Assembly (NCBI GenBank): GCA_965153455.1
Contig: OZ234493.1
Span: 9,910,213-9,974,212, forward strand
From: Sphagnum compactum
Taxonomy: Eukaryota
Length of the DNA: 64,000 nucleotides
Reading direction: 5' to 3'
The position numbers and the translations under genes are program-made. The notes below the pieces were generated by a model, which saw nothing but the letters and a program-made list of their open reading frames with translations, searched no databases and had not been told where the DNA came from. This document shows positions 27,499 through 38,770 of the stretch, piece by piece; the stretch's first letter is position 1; each line of letters begins with the position of its first letter.

Positions 27499-29490
27499 GC
27501 GACATTAGGCTTGTTCTAGACTATCTTGGGCAGGTAATGGGCTTTGCAGAAGGAGAAGGGGATAAGACAGGGAGGTTCATCAATGGCTTGGCAAAGGGCA
27601 TGATGAATGGGTGAAGTAAGGGGACGGTTTTGAACTTTAGTGATGAGTACAGGTTTTACAATTTCAGAGACTTATTGCATTATTGATTGGAAAGCACACA
27701 TGACATACCTAGCCTGCTGCAGATAGCAAACTTCAAAAATGTTCCATGTTGGTGGGTAAGGAAAGGGGGTGAAATAGTTATAAGGATGAGAGATAGTTAT
27801 TAGGAAAGGAGTGACATAATTACAATGATAAGATGTAATTATTAGGAAGGAAGTGAGATAATTAAGCTTGAAAATGAGGTTATTATATTTGGAAATGTCT
27901 CTGGAATTGTCTAGGGACGATCATACGGGATAATGCAAAATCAATAAGGAACTTACGCAAAATTATCAAAAACCACCCATGTACCAGTTTCTCAAAATTC
28001 TCGTCATTGGAATATATGTGCCCTTATGTGTTTTAGTGAAGGTGTGAATATAGTACAATGACCTTTTACACTATATTTTGGTTTATGTGTAGCAGTCAAA
28101 TAGTGTAAAACTCAGTTTGGGCATGTAAAACTGCCCTCCATACAGTGCCCACTGCCCTCCATGAGGGCCTGTAAAATGAAATAGATGGTTTTTATTGGCC
28201 AACTACAATGATTGGCCCAGGTGGTGATATTAAACTAGTCTCTGATTTTATGATGTCGACTTTTTATATTTATGGGGATGATGGAAAACTAACACTGTGT
28301 GTTGGATGTGGCAAACACTAATGGAGGCTCACATATGGGGCATGGGTGGCGATCTGTCCCTTTTCTTTTTGACAAAGATTTGTCAAAACCATACACACAC
28401 CCCAGAAAAAAATTCAAATATTTTGTTGCAAATTCCCCTTTTTATTACAAGAATTGTCAGTTTTTGCCAAATGTTTTTCTTTGGGGAGGGTGTCATCACA
28501 TTTCTCTCTACTAGTTACTATTTTAATGATCCTTTACAAACATGTCACCAATTAAGGCCAAATCTGTTTTGGGTTGCTCATCACTATGACTGCATCACAA
28601 AATCGAAAGAGAAGACAGGTGGAAATGAATTTCCACTTAAGATGGTTCAATTCCAAAAACTGGTAAAGTTGAGTCCAGAAACTGACTTATAATTTTAAAA
28701 GTACTTGAAAAAAATTCAACATCAAGAGGTTATCTGAATGAAACTGTTATTAATTCTAAACTCAGAAAAAAGAGTGGACACAAAGTTGGAATGGACATTG
28801 AATGGAGGTAGTGTGTACAAACAGTATGGAGCAAATTTTCAGGATCTGGTTTTCTCATATTGTAGTTTATATTGTTGATAAGTTTGACTAAAAAATCTTT
28901 GTTCGTATTAGAGGGATAATAGTAATCTTTGCTCATACATTACTAGAAAGCTTTGTTGTTTCACAAGCAAAATGTCACTTGTGTTGCAGCATATCTTGCC
29001 ATTTAAAGAGGATACCATAACATATGTCCTCACTCATTTTTGCACAAAATGTCAAGAGCTTAAGTTTTCAAATGGTTGAGATCAGAATTTTTAGGGCATA
29101 TTTTTGGAGTTGTATTTTATACACATGATGGGCGAATAGGGAGTGACTTTCTTTTTTAAAATCGTTCACTGTTGAATGATATACTAGACTCTGGAATGCT
29201 GGTACTTGTTGAGTATCCAAACTAAATCCTTTGTGATGTCAAAAACAACAGAGAATTGTGCAAGTTGACATATCTCATTTGCAGTCACATTGCTTTTGCC
29301 ACAATCTCATTGGACACGAAATCAGTATTATTGAAGAGAAATATCTAAATCACCACCATATCTTAAACCCAAAAAATTAATGAATGAGAAATATGGCCTG
29401 TGGGCCTGGCCTACTACCCTGGAGTCCAAACTCAATAAATTAGGGAGGTGGAAAGAAGGGATTAAAATTTTTCCGCTATAATCTATTTTG

Positions 29491-30955
29491 GTGAGACTCC
29501 TAAAATCGATTAAAGATCAAAGCCCAATTTCATGATCCTGGACAGAGCAAAGAAAAGTAGAGAAATAGTACTTGGCCCATACAATTCCACACCACTATAC
29601 ACCTCTCTGGCTGTCATCAAAATATGTTTCCAATTAAGACAAGAACAATAGGAGGAGCCAATGAAAATGTGAAATAATTAAGTTCAATTCCTGAGAGAGT
29701 CTAACTTTCCCAGGAAAATACCAGTCTCGGGCAAGTACCAAGCTGGAACACTGGTATATTTTTTTGTAAAATAAAAAAATAGATTCAGATTGAATTTGGT
29801 CATTAACAGGCTGAATTATTTTTAAACTTGCAAAATAAATACATTAACATTCAAGGGGGAGGGGGGGCAAACTTGAAAAACCATTGATTTTTGTGATAAA
29901 CTGAGTTTCACCTTGTCTATCATTTTTCCTTCACTGCTGCTACATACATTTTCATTGCTCCTACATGTACAACTACTATAATTAAGTAGAACCTTATGCA
30001 TTAAATGCTGAGTTTCAACATTTCATTCCCAGATTTAATAGAATTTTCGCACTTTATGAATACATTGAGAGAAGGGTTTGAGAGTGAAAGCAGGCCCAAA
30101 AACAAGATGACTTTATGAATAACTTTAATATATACACTTATCTGCCCCAAAACATTTACACATGACTGTGTAAGAGTAAAAAATTTGGACATGTAATTGT
30201 AAATGATCTAAACTTACACAGAATTTACATATCATATATACAGGCTATTGACACTTACACACACAACACTAATATATACAGTATGTCACATACCAGCCAA
30301 AATTAGTCTTGGACCCTAAAACCAACATCAGGCTGGTATAAAAGTTTTTTAATTGATCCCATGTACAACTACCAATCCAATTGGCATATGAAAGTTGAAA
30401 AAAAGATCCAATATCACCATTCCACCTTGCATGAGGGAAAAGAGTTTGTAAGTGGGAACATTGTATGTAGCTAACCACCATGTGATATCTTGGGCCTCAT
30501 CAAGTAAGTATAAAACCAAACAGTATATACTAGTTGCCAAACTTTCTTTGTTAACCAAGGTAACAAGTAACAACTCTCACATCATGGACCCTAAGGTGAA
30601 TCAACTAGTTCCTCTTCTACCTACACAAAACATCAAAAAAATAAGATAATTAGATCATGATTTTCCTTGAATGAATATTGTATTTGGTTAGAAATAGACT
30701 TCCTTCAAAAAGTGAAACTTTGTCTTTTTTTCACTCAAACAACTCAATTTCCCCTTATATAATTAAAAATTGTGTGAGAGTCTTAAAAAGAAATTGGGAT
30801 CAAAGCCCCATTTCATGATTCCTGAAAGAGCAAAAAAGACAAGAACAAGTGCTCAGGTACTGTACCTCCACGTCAATAATTGAACCTCTTCAGCTGTCAT
30901 CAAAATATTTTTTCCAATTAGGAAAACATTAAAATATTTTTCCAATTAGGAAAAC
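29491..30955. repeat. Diverged ~165-bp direct repeat pair (about 29491-29650 and 30774-30930) upstream of PLATZ
   Basis: gtgaga...gatcaaagccc.atttcatgat...agagcaaa...ctgtcatcaaaatat...ttccaatta is present in both copies. Confidence 0.65.
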
Positions 30956-31149
30956 AACACAATGAAGAACAAATAAAGTGACCCCCCCAACCCCCAAAAC
31001 AAAAAAAACAAAACCAAATTTCAATTCTTCGAATTTTCAGGAAAAACAATTTCAGTCCTGAGTGGATCCAGTCGAACACCCACACGTTATTACAGAACAA
31101 TCCAGACCCTTGGATGGGCGATGGGGATGCATGGGGGATTCCGGACCGT

Positions 31150-31960
31150 TGGGAGTCGAGGGTTTCTCGTCTCGCACACTTTGGGCAGCACTGCGCAGAA
31201 ATAGGGCCTGTGTTGCTCCCTTCCTTTCCTCTCTTCTTCTCTTCTTCTTCTTCTTCAGTGCAGCGATCGTCTTCGTCTTCATTCTACAGAGCTTCAGTGG
31301 AGTCTTGACCGGTAAGAGACAGTCCTGGGGTTGTGAAGACTTACATATACACTACAGTGCTTTGCTATAGAAGGATTTGAGCTGAGCTTGCATGATCACA
31401 TCGTTTCACAATTTCACAATTTGAAGGTTCTCTGTTTTGGGAGTGCTACTATTGTTGTGTCATCTGCATATTGTTTTCAGCTTGAGGAGTACATTGTAGT
31501 CTGTGTAGAAGAGAGAGAGGGTGTTGCAGGTCCATATAATGTGCGGTTTTTTGCAGGGGGTGTCACAAACGCTCTGTGATATCTTCATTGTGGCACCATG
31601 AGAATCTATTCCACTCGTGTTGTAACTACAGATTTCGTCAGGAGTAGTTCTTGGTGACGGAGACACGACAGACATAGAGCGTTTATTGTCCCGATCGAAC
31701 TTTCACAATTGTTTGTGGGTCCACGGTTTTGCAGGAAATAGACTCTTGCTGCTGCAGACGTCTGGGAGCTCCTGGTTGAGCGTCTTGCAACGGGTAAGAC
31801 AGATCATCGGAAAGGCAAGAAGATACTGTGTGCCATATACATATGTTGTCAAGAAATGAGTTGCGAAGAATTCGTGAAGAGTTCTGATCTGAAACATCGT
31901 GTATGCTAGTGCGCTTTGGTCATCATCTAATTATTCGTTTTCATCTCACATGGTGGTTAG
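31150..31960 (+). other. PLATZ 5'UTR exon(s) and intron(s)
   Basis: CT-rich first exon with a GTAAG donor at 31312; candidate internal exon 31735-31793 (ttttgcag|...|gtaag); acceptor TTAG at 31957-31960, 12 nt before the ATG. Confidence 0.55.
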
Positions 31961-31972
31961 GTGTTTTATACA

Positions 31973-32680
31973 ATGTCTAGTAGCGCGACAATGATTCTCC
32001 CCAGCTCACTGGAAGGTCGACGTGGACCAGAGTGGCTGTCGGATCTCTTCACCGCTAACCCAGCTTCGGGCGAATGCGACTGCGGTCGCAGCTGGAGCAG
32101 CCATGTGTTCTGCATCGACTGTCGACAGAGCTGTGTTTCGAAGAGCGACTTCCAGGAGAATCGACCTCATTTCGGGCACAAACTCCTGCGAATGCGCCAA
32201 TTCGACCACAAACCTGTGGTGGAGTCCAACGACTTGCAGACTCTCGCGGATATTTCCGGGATCCAGTCCTACTACAAATTCGGTTGCATACAATCCGCGA
32301 TCATGTTTCTATACAGCCAAGGGCCCCCTGCAGCAGCAGCAGGCAAGAAAAACTCATTCAAGAGAATTCAGAAAAAGAACAAGCGCGGACACTATACACC
32401 GCGCCGTGCAGCTTCAAGATCAACAAGCAGCCCCGAAAGATCGCTTGGGCCCTTCGGCAAGTGCGCGAAGTGCTCAAAAATTCTCAACACTGATCGCTGC
32501 ACGGTCTCGTTTTGCTCTGTGGAATGCAAGATGAAAGCTGTGGAGGACGATCCCACCGTAACCTTGTCCAATCCTAGGGTCTATACTCCGGAAGGGATTG
32601 AATTGTTAGCAACTCTCACTTACGCTGTGGCAAAAGCCAGTGGAGAAGAGTACGACATCTCCAAGTGGACTTCCACTTGA
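31973..32680 (+). CDS. PLATZ: PLATZ-family zinc-binding transcription factor-like protein (divergent, single coding exon)
   Basis: Intact, GC-richer ORF with PEWLSDLF, FCIDC, HFGHKLLRMR, DLQTLADISGIQSY, IMFL and CAKC...FCSVECK matching the PLATZ signature; basic NLS-like stretch KKNSFKRIQKKNKR. Confidence 0.85.
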   Translation: MSSSATMILPSSLEGRRGPEWLSDLFTANPASGECDCGRSWSSHVFCIDCRQSCVSKSDFQENRPHFGHKLLRMRQFDHKPVVESNDLQTLADISGIQSYYKFGCIQSAIMFLYSQGPPAAAAGKKNSFKRIQKKNKRGHYTPRRAASRSTSSPERSLGPFGKCAKCSKILNTDRCTVSFCSVECKMKAVEDDPTVTLSNPRVYTPEGIELLATLTYAVAKASGEEYDISKWTST

Positions 32681-34794
32681 TCTTCATTCTCATGCTGTGC
32701 AGTGTGGACATGAGAGGCAAACAAACAGCCAACCCCCAGCTTGGGAGCGTTTGAACTGGTTTTCTCCTCAACTAACTTCCACATTGTTTGTTGTCATGGC
32801 TGTTTTCTTGGTTCCCGGGATGGTGGTACTTGTGAAATGGGTGTGAAGTTGGTACCTGTGGATGCAGGAGATTTTTGTAGTCTACTTACTCTTCTGAGGA
32901 TGATCAGCAACAGACAGTAGCCTGACTTAAACTGTTTTTGGTATACTATACATACAGTTCTCTCTGCACAAACCCCAGTACCTAACCCTGGCTGTGTCTT
33001 CCAGCCAGTGTGGCGGCTTGTAGCTTAGGGCCCAGTTTATGAACACAATTTAGCCGACAGTTGTGTGCAACTTCCGGTTATAATTAAGTGCCATGATGTG
33101 ACCGGTGGGTCTCTAATATATGTATGCATCTCTGTCTGTTGTGTGGGTCATCAGAAAATGTTGCATATATCCTGCACACAAACTGCAAGCTTGTTTCTGA
33201 GTTTCAGGAGGTTCAGTGTTCAGATGTCCAAGTGAAGCATGAGTGCACCATAAGAGACATGCCAGCAGAGCTTGGCCTTCACATCATTGCTCTACGTGAC
33301 AGCATTCTTTCTCTTTGCAGAATGAACTTTGCATTTGTTCAATCGGTATTGATCTGCCAAAGGATTTATATAATCAAAATCTCTGAACATGTATGTTTTC
33401 TTCTTTTTTTTTCCTGTCTTACTGACTATGGAGTCCCATTGGGCTTTTGCCTTCATGGATTGGGAAGTTGTGGGAAAGTTAATATATGGTAATAGCATCA
33501 GTTGGCAGACCTTGAACTGGACAGCTCTACATGAAAGGCCCTTTAATTTCAGAATGCAGTTTGCTTTCTTGTAACGAATCCTGCAAAGGGATTTACAGTC
33601 CAGATGTTTGGATATGCATATTTCTTTGCTCTTGCTGACCACTTTGAATGTTTGTGTAAGGTCAAGAAGCACCATCAGACTTTGAACTTCATATTGTGAG
33701 TTGCATTGAATGCACACATGCCCAGTTTAGCTTGCTTGAATTAAGACTCTGCATTTAGGGATTTGCAGTCCAGGGGGTGTAAAACATCTGGTTTATGTTG
33801 AGCCTATCTATCTAGAGAACTTCAGTTGCAAGCCAGCCTCAGATTGGTGATGAAATACTCAGTGCTAGGATCTCCTCCCAAAGTGCAAAATCACAAACCA
33901 TTCCAATTACATACAGTTGACAAATGAAATAAAGAACTTTTAACCCTCAACACATCTAATTTGATCTGCAATCTACACCTAAGTTCTGAAGGTTTCCTCT
34001 ACAAAAAAGCCTTCATATGAAATGAAGGTACCAGGTAATCTACTCATCTGACATTGGCATTGAAGATGCAACACTAGTGCACATTCTGCAGACTTGGAGA
34101 GCTCATGAGGGCTGGTGATTCTTCGTAAGGAAGTAGGCTTGAATGCTACAACCGCATCACTGTAAAACCTTAAAGATTTAGTCAGCTAATTTTATGCACT
34201 GCAATCCTCAAAAACTAGTGTCAGTTCAATCCCAATTCTATTACTTTCCAATTGCCTGGGCAACTTTGTTGATTTCAAGTACTTATCGCAAAACCTACCT
34301 GTTCAAAATCCCCATAGTACAATAGATCTACTTTACAACACCAAGTTCAAACAGTTTTGTATTATCGTTGGGTGCAAAGTTCTATAATTTATAGATATAA
34401 TCTAGGTAGTCACAAGCGAGGGAAATTTTATGCAACTCCAAGAAATCGTAGTTTGTTATACACACCTATTGCTTGCACAACAACAAACTAGAATTTAGTT
34501 TGGGATGAATTTGAAACATTTTATGTTTTGATCACTTCTTCGCAACAGTTACAGAGTTACGCATTAAAAACATATCCTGACTTGTCCTACTTCACTTGTA
34601 GGGCTAGATAGGACACCCCCAACGTGTTGGAGGTTGAGACCAGGGGTATCTAAGTCATGATGATCAATGTGCCTTGTAGGAGGCGAACTAAACTATAGGA
34701 CCAACCAAGCCAAAAGCAGGAGAATTTTCCACCATCTTCTAGCAAGAATCAGCAAAAAAACAAAGAAATGTTAATAGATGCAATCCTCTAATCA

Positions 34795-35900
34795 CTAGAG
34801 GCAAATGGGCCAGGGAACAATTGGAGGAGGCCATGGATGTAGTGGAAAATGGGACAATATTTTTGAAGAAGACAAGTAGGCAGTGGAACATACCTCTAAC
34901 TTCACTCTTTGATCACTTGTATGGTTAAACAAGGATAAGGAACCTGGACCTATAGGCACATTAACACTAGAGGAAGATCAAGTTGTGGTTGTTTGGGTTT
35001 TGTCTATGTAGGAAGTTGGGCTATCAATTAGCTTGCAACAATTAAAAATGAAAATGACAGCTCTAACACAGACAAGGCCAACACCTTTTCGAGGAGAAGT
35101 ACTAGGGAACCCTTGGTGGTATTGGTTCAAAAAGAGGCATCCTAAGTTCAACATTCGTCAAGCTAAAGGACTAGATGGAAGCCGAGCACAAGGATTGACA
35201 ATTCAATCATGCCAAAACTTCTACCAAAACTTATAATCCTTTTACAATAAGCATTATTATGCTACAGATGACATTTGGAATTATGATGAAACAAGCATCC
35301 AAGCATGAAGACAATCAAGAACAAGGGTTTTGGCAAAACGAAGTTCATAACAAGTCTACAGCACTATACCAAAATCTAGGAAATGGTTAATTATTAATTG
35401 TGTTGTTAATGTTGCAAGAACAACATTGCTAGGATTTACATATTCAGAAGAGAGAGGATACGTGATGACTACATAGTTCTACAAACCAGGAACTTGTATG
35501 GCTATGCAATAAAAAACATGGATGATTAACTTTATTTTCAAAAAGTTTTTGTCTTTTTTCAAGGTATCTTGGATGGGCATGGATCCCATGTCACCCTTGA
35601 AGCAATTGAACAAACAAAAAAGTTTAGGCCCAACATGATTACTTTACCTTCACATACATCTCATGCACTTCAGCCTCTGGATGTGGCTTATTTCAAGCTT
35701 TTCAAGACTACTTTCAGGAAGTAAGAAACATAACAATGGTTAGGAAGAACTATACAAAACCAAACAAGATAACATTGGCAGGTTGTGTAAACAAAGCCCT
35801 GGACCAAACACTTACAAGAAAAATGTCATGTCAAGGTTCAAAGGTACACGGATTTGGCCATTGTACCCTAAGGCCATGGATGCAAAAAATAACCTTAGTA
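34795..35900 (+). pseudogene. pogo/Tigger-like (Tc1-mariner superfamily) transposase relic: HTH_psq, CENP-B HTH and DDE_1
   Basis: QLEEAMDVVENG..RQWNIPLTSLFDHLYG; LTLEEDQVVVVWV; WWYWFKKRHPKFNIR; IWNYDETSI; LDGHGSHVTLEAI; LPSHTSHALQPLDV. Multiple stops and frameshifts. Confidence 0.85.
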
Positions 35901-36789
35901 CTATATACACATTGCAGAATTAGGTTAGGGAGGAAGAAGAGTCAGAGCAAGAGGATGGTGAAAAGGAATGGACAGAACATATAGCGGCAAAAGAGCTCAT
36001 CAACATAGGTTCCAAAACAGGACTTACAACGATTAGTCTATCTAAAGATCAACCTAGGTATTATGTGAACATGCTTAAAATTCCTATAGTCATTAACCAT
36101 GCATTTGAAAACATGGTGGAAAATTTGGAGCAGCCTTCATTGGATGAAGCTACATAATTTTAAAATCCTAAAAATTCAACTCAAGTGGCATTGGCAAAAG
36201 GCTCTCACGGTTTGCTGTCATTGCCACATTTGCTTGTAAGAAGGACCAATTGAAGAAAACCATTAATAGATTATTCTCAAAGTCATGTTGTGATTTCAGA
36301 AGAATATTTGAGGATTATACAACAAAAGGCAATGGATAGGGAGGCAATAGAACAAATTAAAGAAAGCAGAAAGAAAGAAAGACAAGAAAAGCAAGCAAGA
36401 AAACACTTACAGTGTTGATTATAACTAAAAAACTAGCTAAAAAGGAACTTGCAAAACAATAAAGAGCAAATTTCATTGCAACTTGGTCATCCTCAATAAT
36501 GAAAGAAGTAGGAGATAGATTTCACTACAATTTCAAGGTGGGTCTACAAGCTCACCCTTGTGGATATAGGGGTGTGAATCTTGGTTCAACAACCCAAGTG
36601 TAGAAACAAGCTCAACAATGAGCCATGGCTCAAATGCGAATTAGAAGGGGAGTTGCACCATCCTTACAACAACTTCAAACATACAACTAAAGTTAGAATG
36701 GGTGGGGAGGGGAGGGGTCTGCTACACAATGAGATAGAACAAGTAAAATAAGGTGATAATGAAAAGTATGGGTTTGGATTGAACATGAA

Positions 36790-38770
36790 TAATAGGATCA
36801 GGAGGAGCACCCATTATTGAAGGTGAATAAAGGGAGGAATAAGTGTTGAGGATCAGGAAGAAGGGAACAATAGCTATTGAAGATGAACAAGGGGAAGAGA
36901 ATATTGTTGAGGATCAAGAATAAGAGAGCATCAACTATTGGGGATGAATAATGGGAGGAGAGCTACTGCTCAAGATGGAAAAAAAAACAATATGAAGAAG
37001 AAGAAAATAGTTGTACTATTGGGAATGAACAAGGGGAGGTGAACTATTGCTGAGGATCAAGAAAAAGAAAGCATTCACAACAGCAGCTGTTGGGAATGAA
37101 AAAGAAAAAAAGTATTGCTTAGGATAAAGAAGAAGAGAATTTAATAATTAGTAGGGATGAACAAGAACAAGAGTTACTATTGAGGATGAAAAAGAAGAGA
37201 ATAGCTGCAGTAATAGTTGCTAAGGATGAACAAGGAAAAAAACTAATGTTGAAGATGAAGAAAAAAGAACAATTGCGGTAATGAAGTTATTGTGAATGAG
37301 AAGAAAATGAGCTACTACTGATGATCAAAAAGAAGAAAGTAGCTGCAACAACAACAACAACTACTAAGGATGAACCACAAAAAAAAAACTTTTGAAGATG
37401 AAGGAAAAAAAAGCAGTTGTAGCTGTTGCGAATGAAGAAGAAAAAGAATTATTACTAAGGATCAACAAGAAGAGAGTAACTATAGCAGCAGCAGCTACAA
37501 ATGAACAAGAAAAGGAGCTATTGCTAAGGATCAAGAAGAAGAGAGCTACTGTGGATGAACAAGAAAAGTAGTTATTGTTGGGGATAAAAAAGAAGAGAAA
37601 TTAACAGTTGATGCAGCTGTTGGGGATGAAAAAAAGGAGGAACAATTGTTGATGGGATCGACAAAAAGAGAACAACTATTTGGGATGATGAAAGGGAAGA
37701 ACAATTGTTGCTACTAAGGATCAATAAGAGGAGAAAAATAATTGTTGCAGAGAAATAATAAGGAAATCAAGAGGAGGGTGAAAGCACACTAAGGGTGAAT
37801 CACTTTTGTTCAAAAAAGGTGATGTAACAAGTATTATAGTACACAATAAGCTAAAATCTTGATCGCATTCTTTGGCTAACCTAAACATAAGCAAAAAAAT
37901 TTAGAATTTACATAATAACATTTTGGAACTCAAAATTCACTTTGAGTCAAAATTAGTCTTGATCCAACAGTTAGAAGAGGAGGATTAAATAAAATCAATG
38001 TACACAGAGTATATACTTATAGTTTTTCAACGGCCCTAGGGCCTCATATTTGTGATTCATGAAACATTACCAAATAAAAAGAAATTGAAAAAATAATGCA
38101 ATGCCCATGTATAAAATCTCCTCTTCTTTGATATGGTAGTGGTTTTTTTTTAAACGAAGATATTATTATTCATTCATTGCTAAAAAAATGCAAATAAATA
38201 ATTTTTTTGAATTGAATTTCATCCAAAAGTTTTAAATTTCTAAATTGTTATAAATTTAATTAATGTATATCAATATCATGCACCATAAAAATTTCACCCA
38301 AGAATTCCATCCACAACCTTACTTTTTAAGTACATATTCAAATTTCAAACTCTATGACGAACATTATTTGGTTATAAATATATTCCACACATTCAAATTC
38401 TTCAATGTTTGTTGAAATTTTCGAAATAATTTATTAGATTAAGTCTAAATCTAATCTAATATACTTTAAAGAAGTAAAAATAATCCAAGATGTGATGTCC
38501 ATATGTTACCAAAAAAATTAATTACAGAAAGATTATACTTATGATTACAATTTGGGGGGGGCTTAGTGTGCTTTCACCCAAAACGAGAGTAGTTATTGCT
38601 AAGCAGTAACAAGAATATTAAGAAGAAAGAAAAAACAACTACTAGGAAATAACAAAATTAAGATGAATAGGAGGAGGAGAGCAACAACTGTTGTGAAATG
38701 ATAAGAAAAATAACAAGAGAAGGACATCAACAACTGTTGTTGAGGAGGAAGAAGAGGAAGGATAGTTGCT
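36790..38770 (+). repeat. Degenerate purine-rich tandem array (~30/60-bp units, gaggatcaagaagaagagagc..ctattg.ggatgaacaagg), interrupted by a MITE
   Basis: Recurring ggatca/ggatgaa, aagaagag and ctattg blocks over ~1 kb, resuming after 38580. Confidence 0.7.
37776..38579. mobile_element. 804-bp MITE with a perfect 18-bp TIR
   Basis: GGGTGAAAGCACACTAAG ... CTTAGTGTGCTTTCACCC; an AT-rich interior inserted into the purine-rich array. Confidence 0.9.

Noticed and set aside
36790-37770. CRISPR-like array
   Set aside because: Units are degenerate, with no identical repeats or unique spacers; eukaryotic context and no cas genes.
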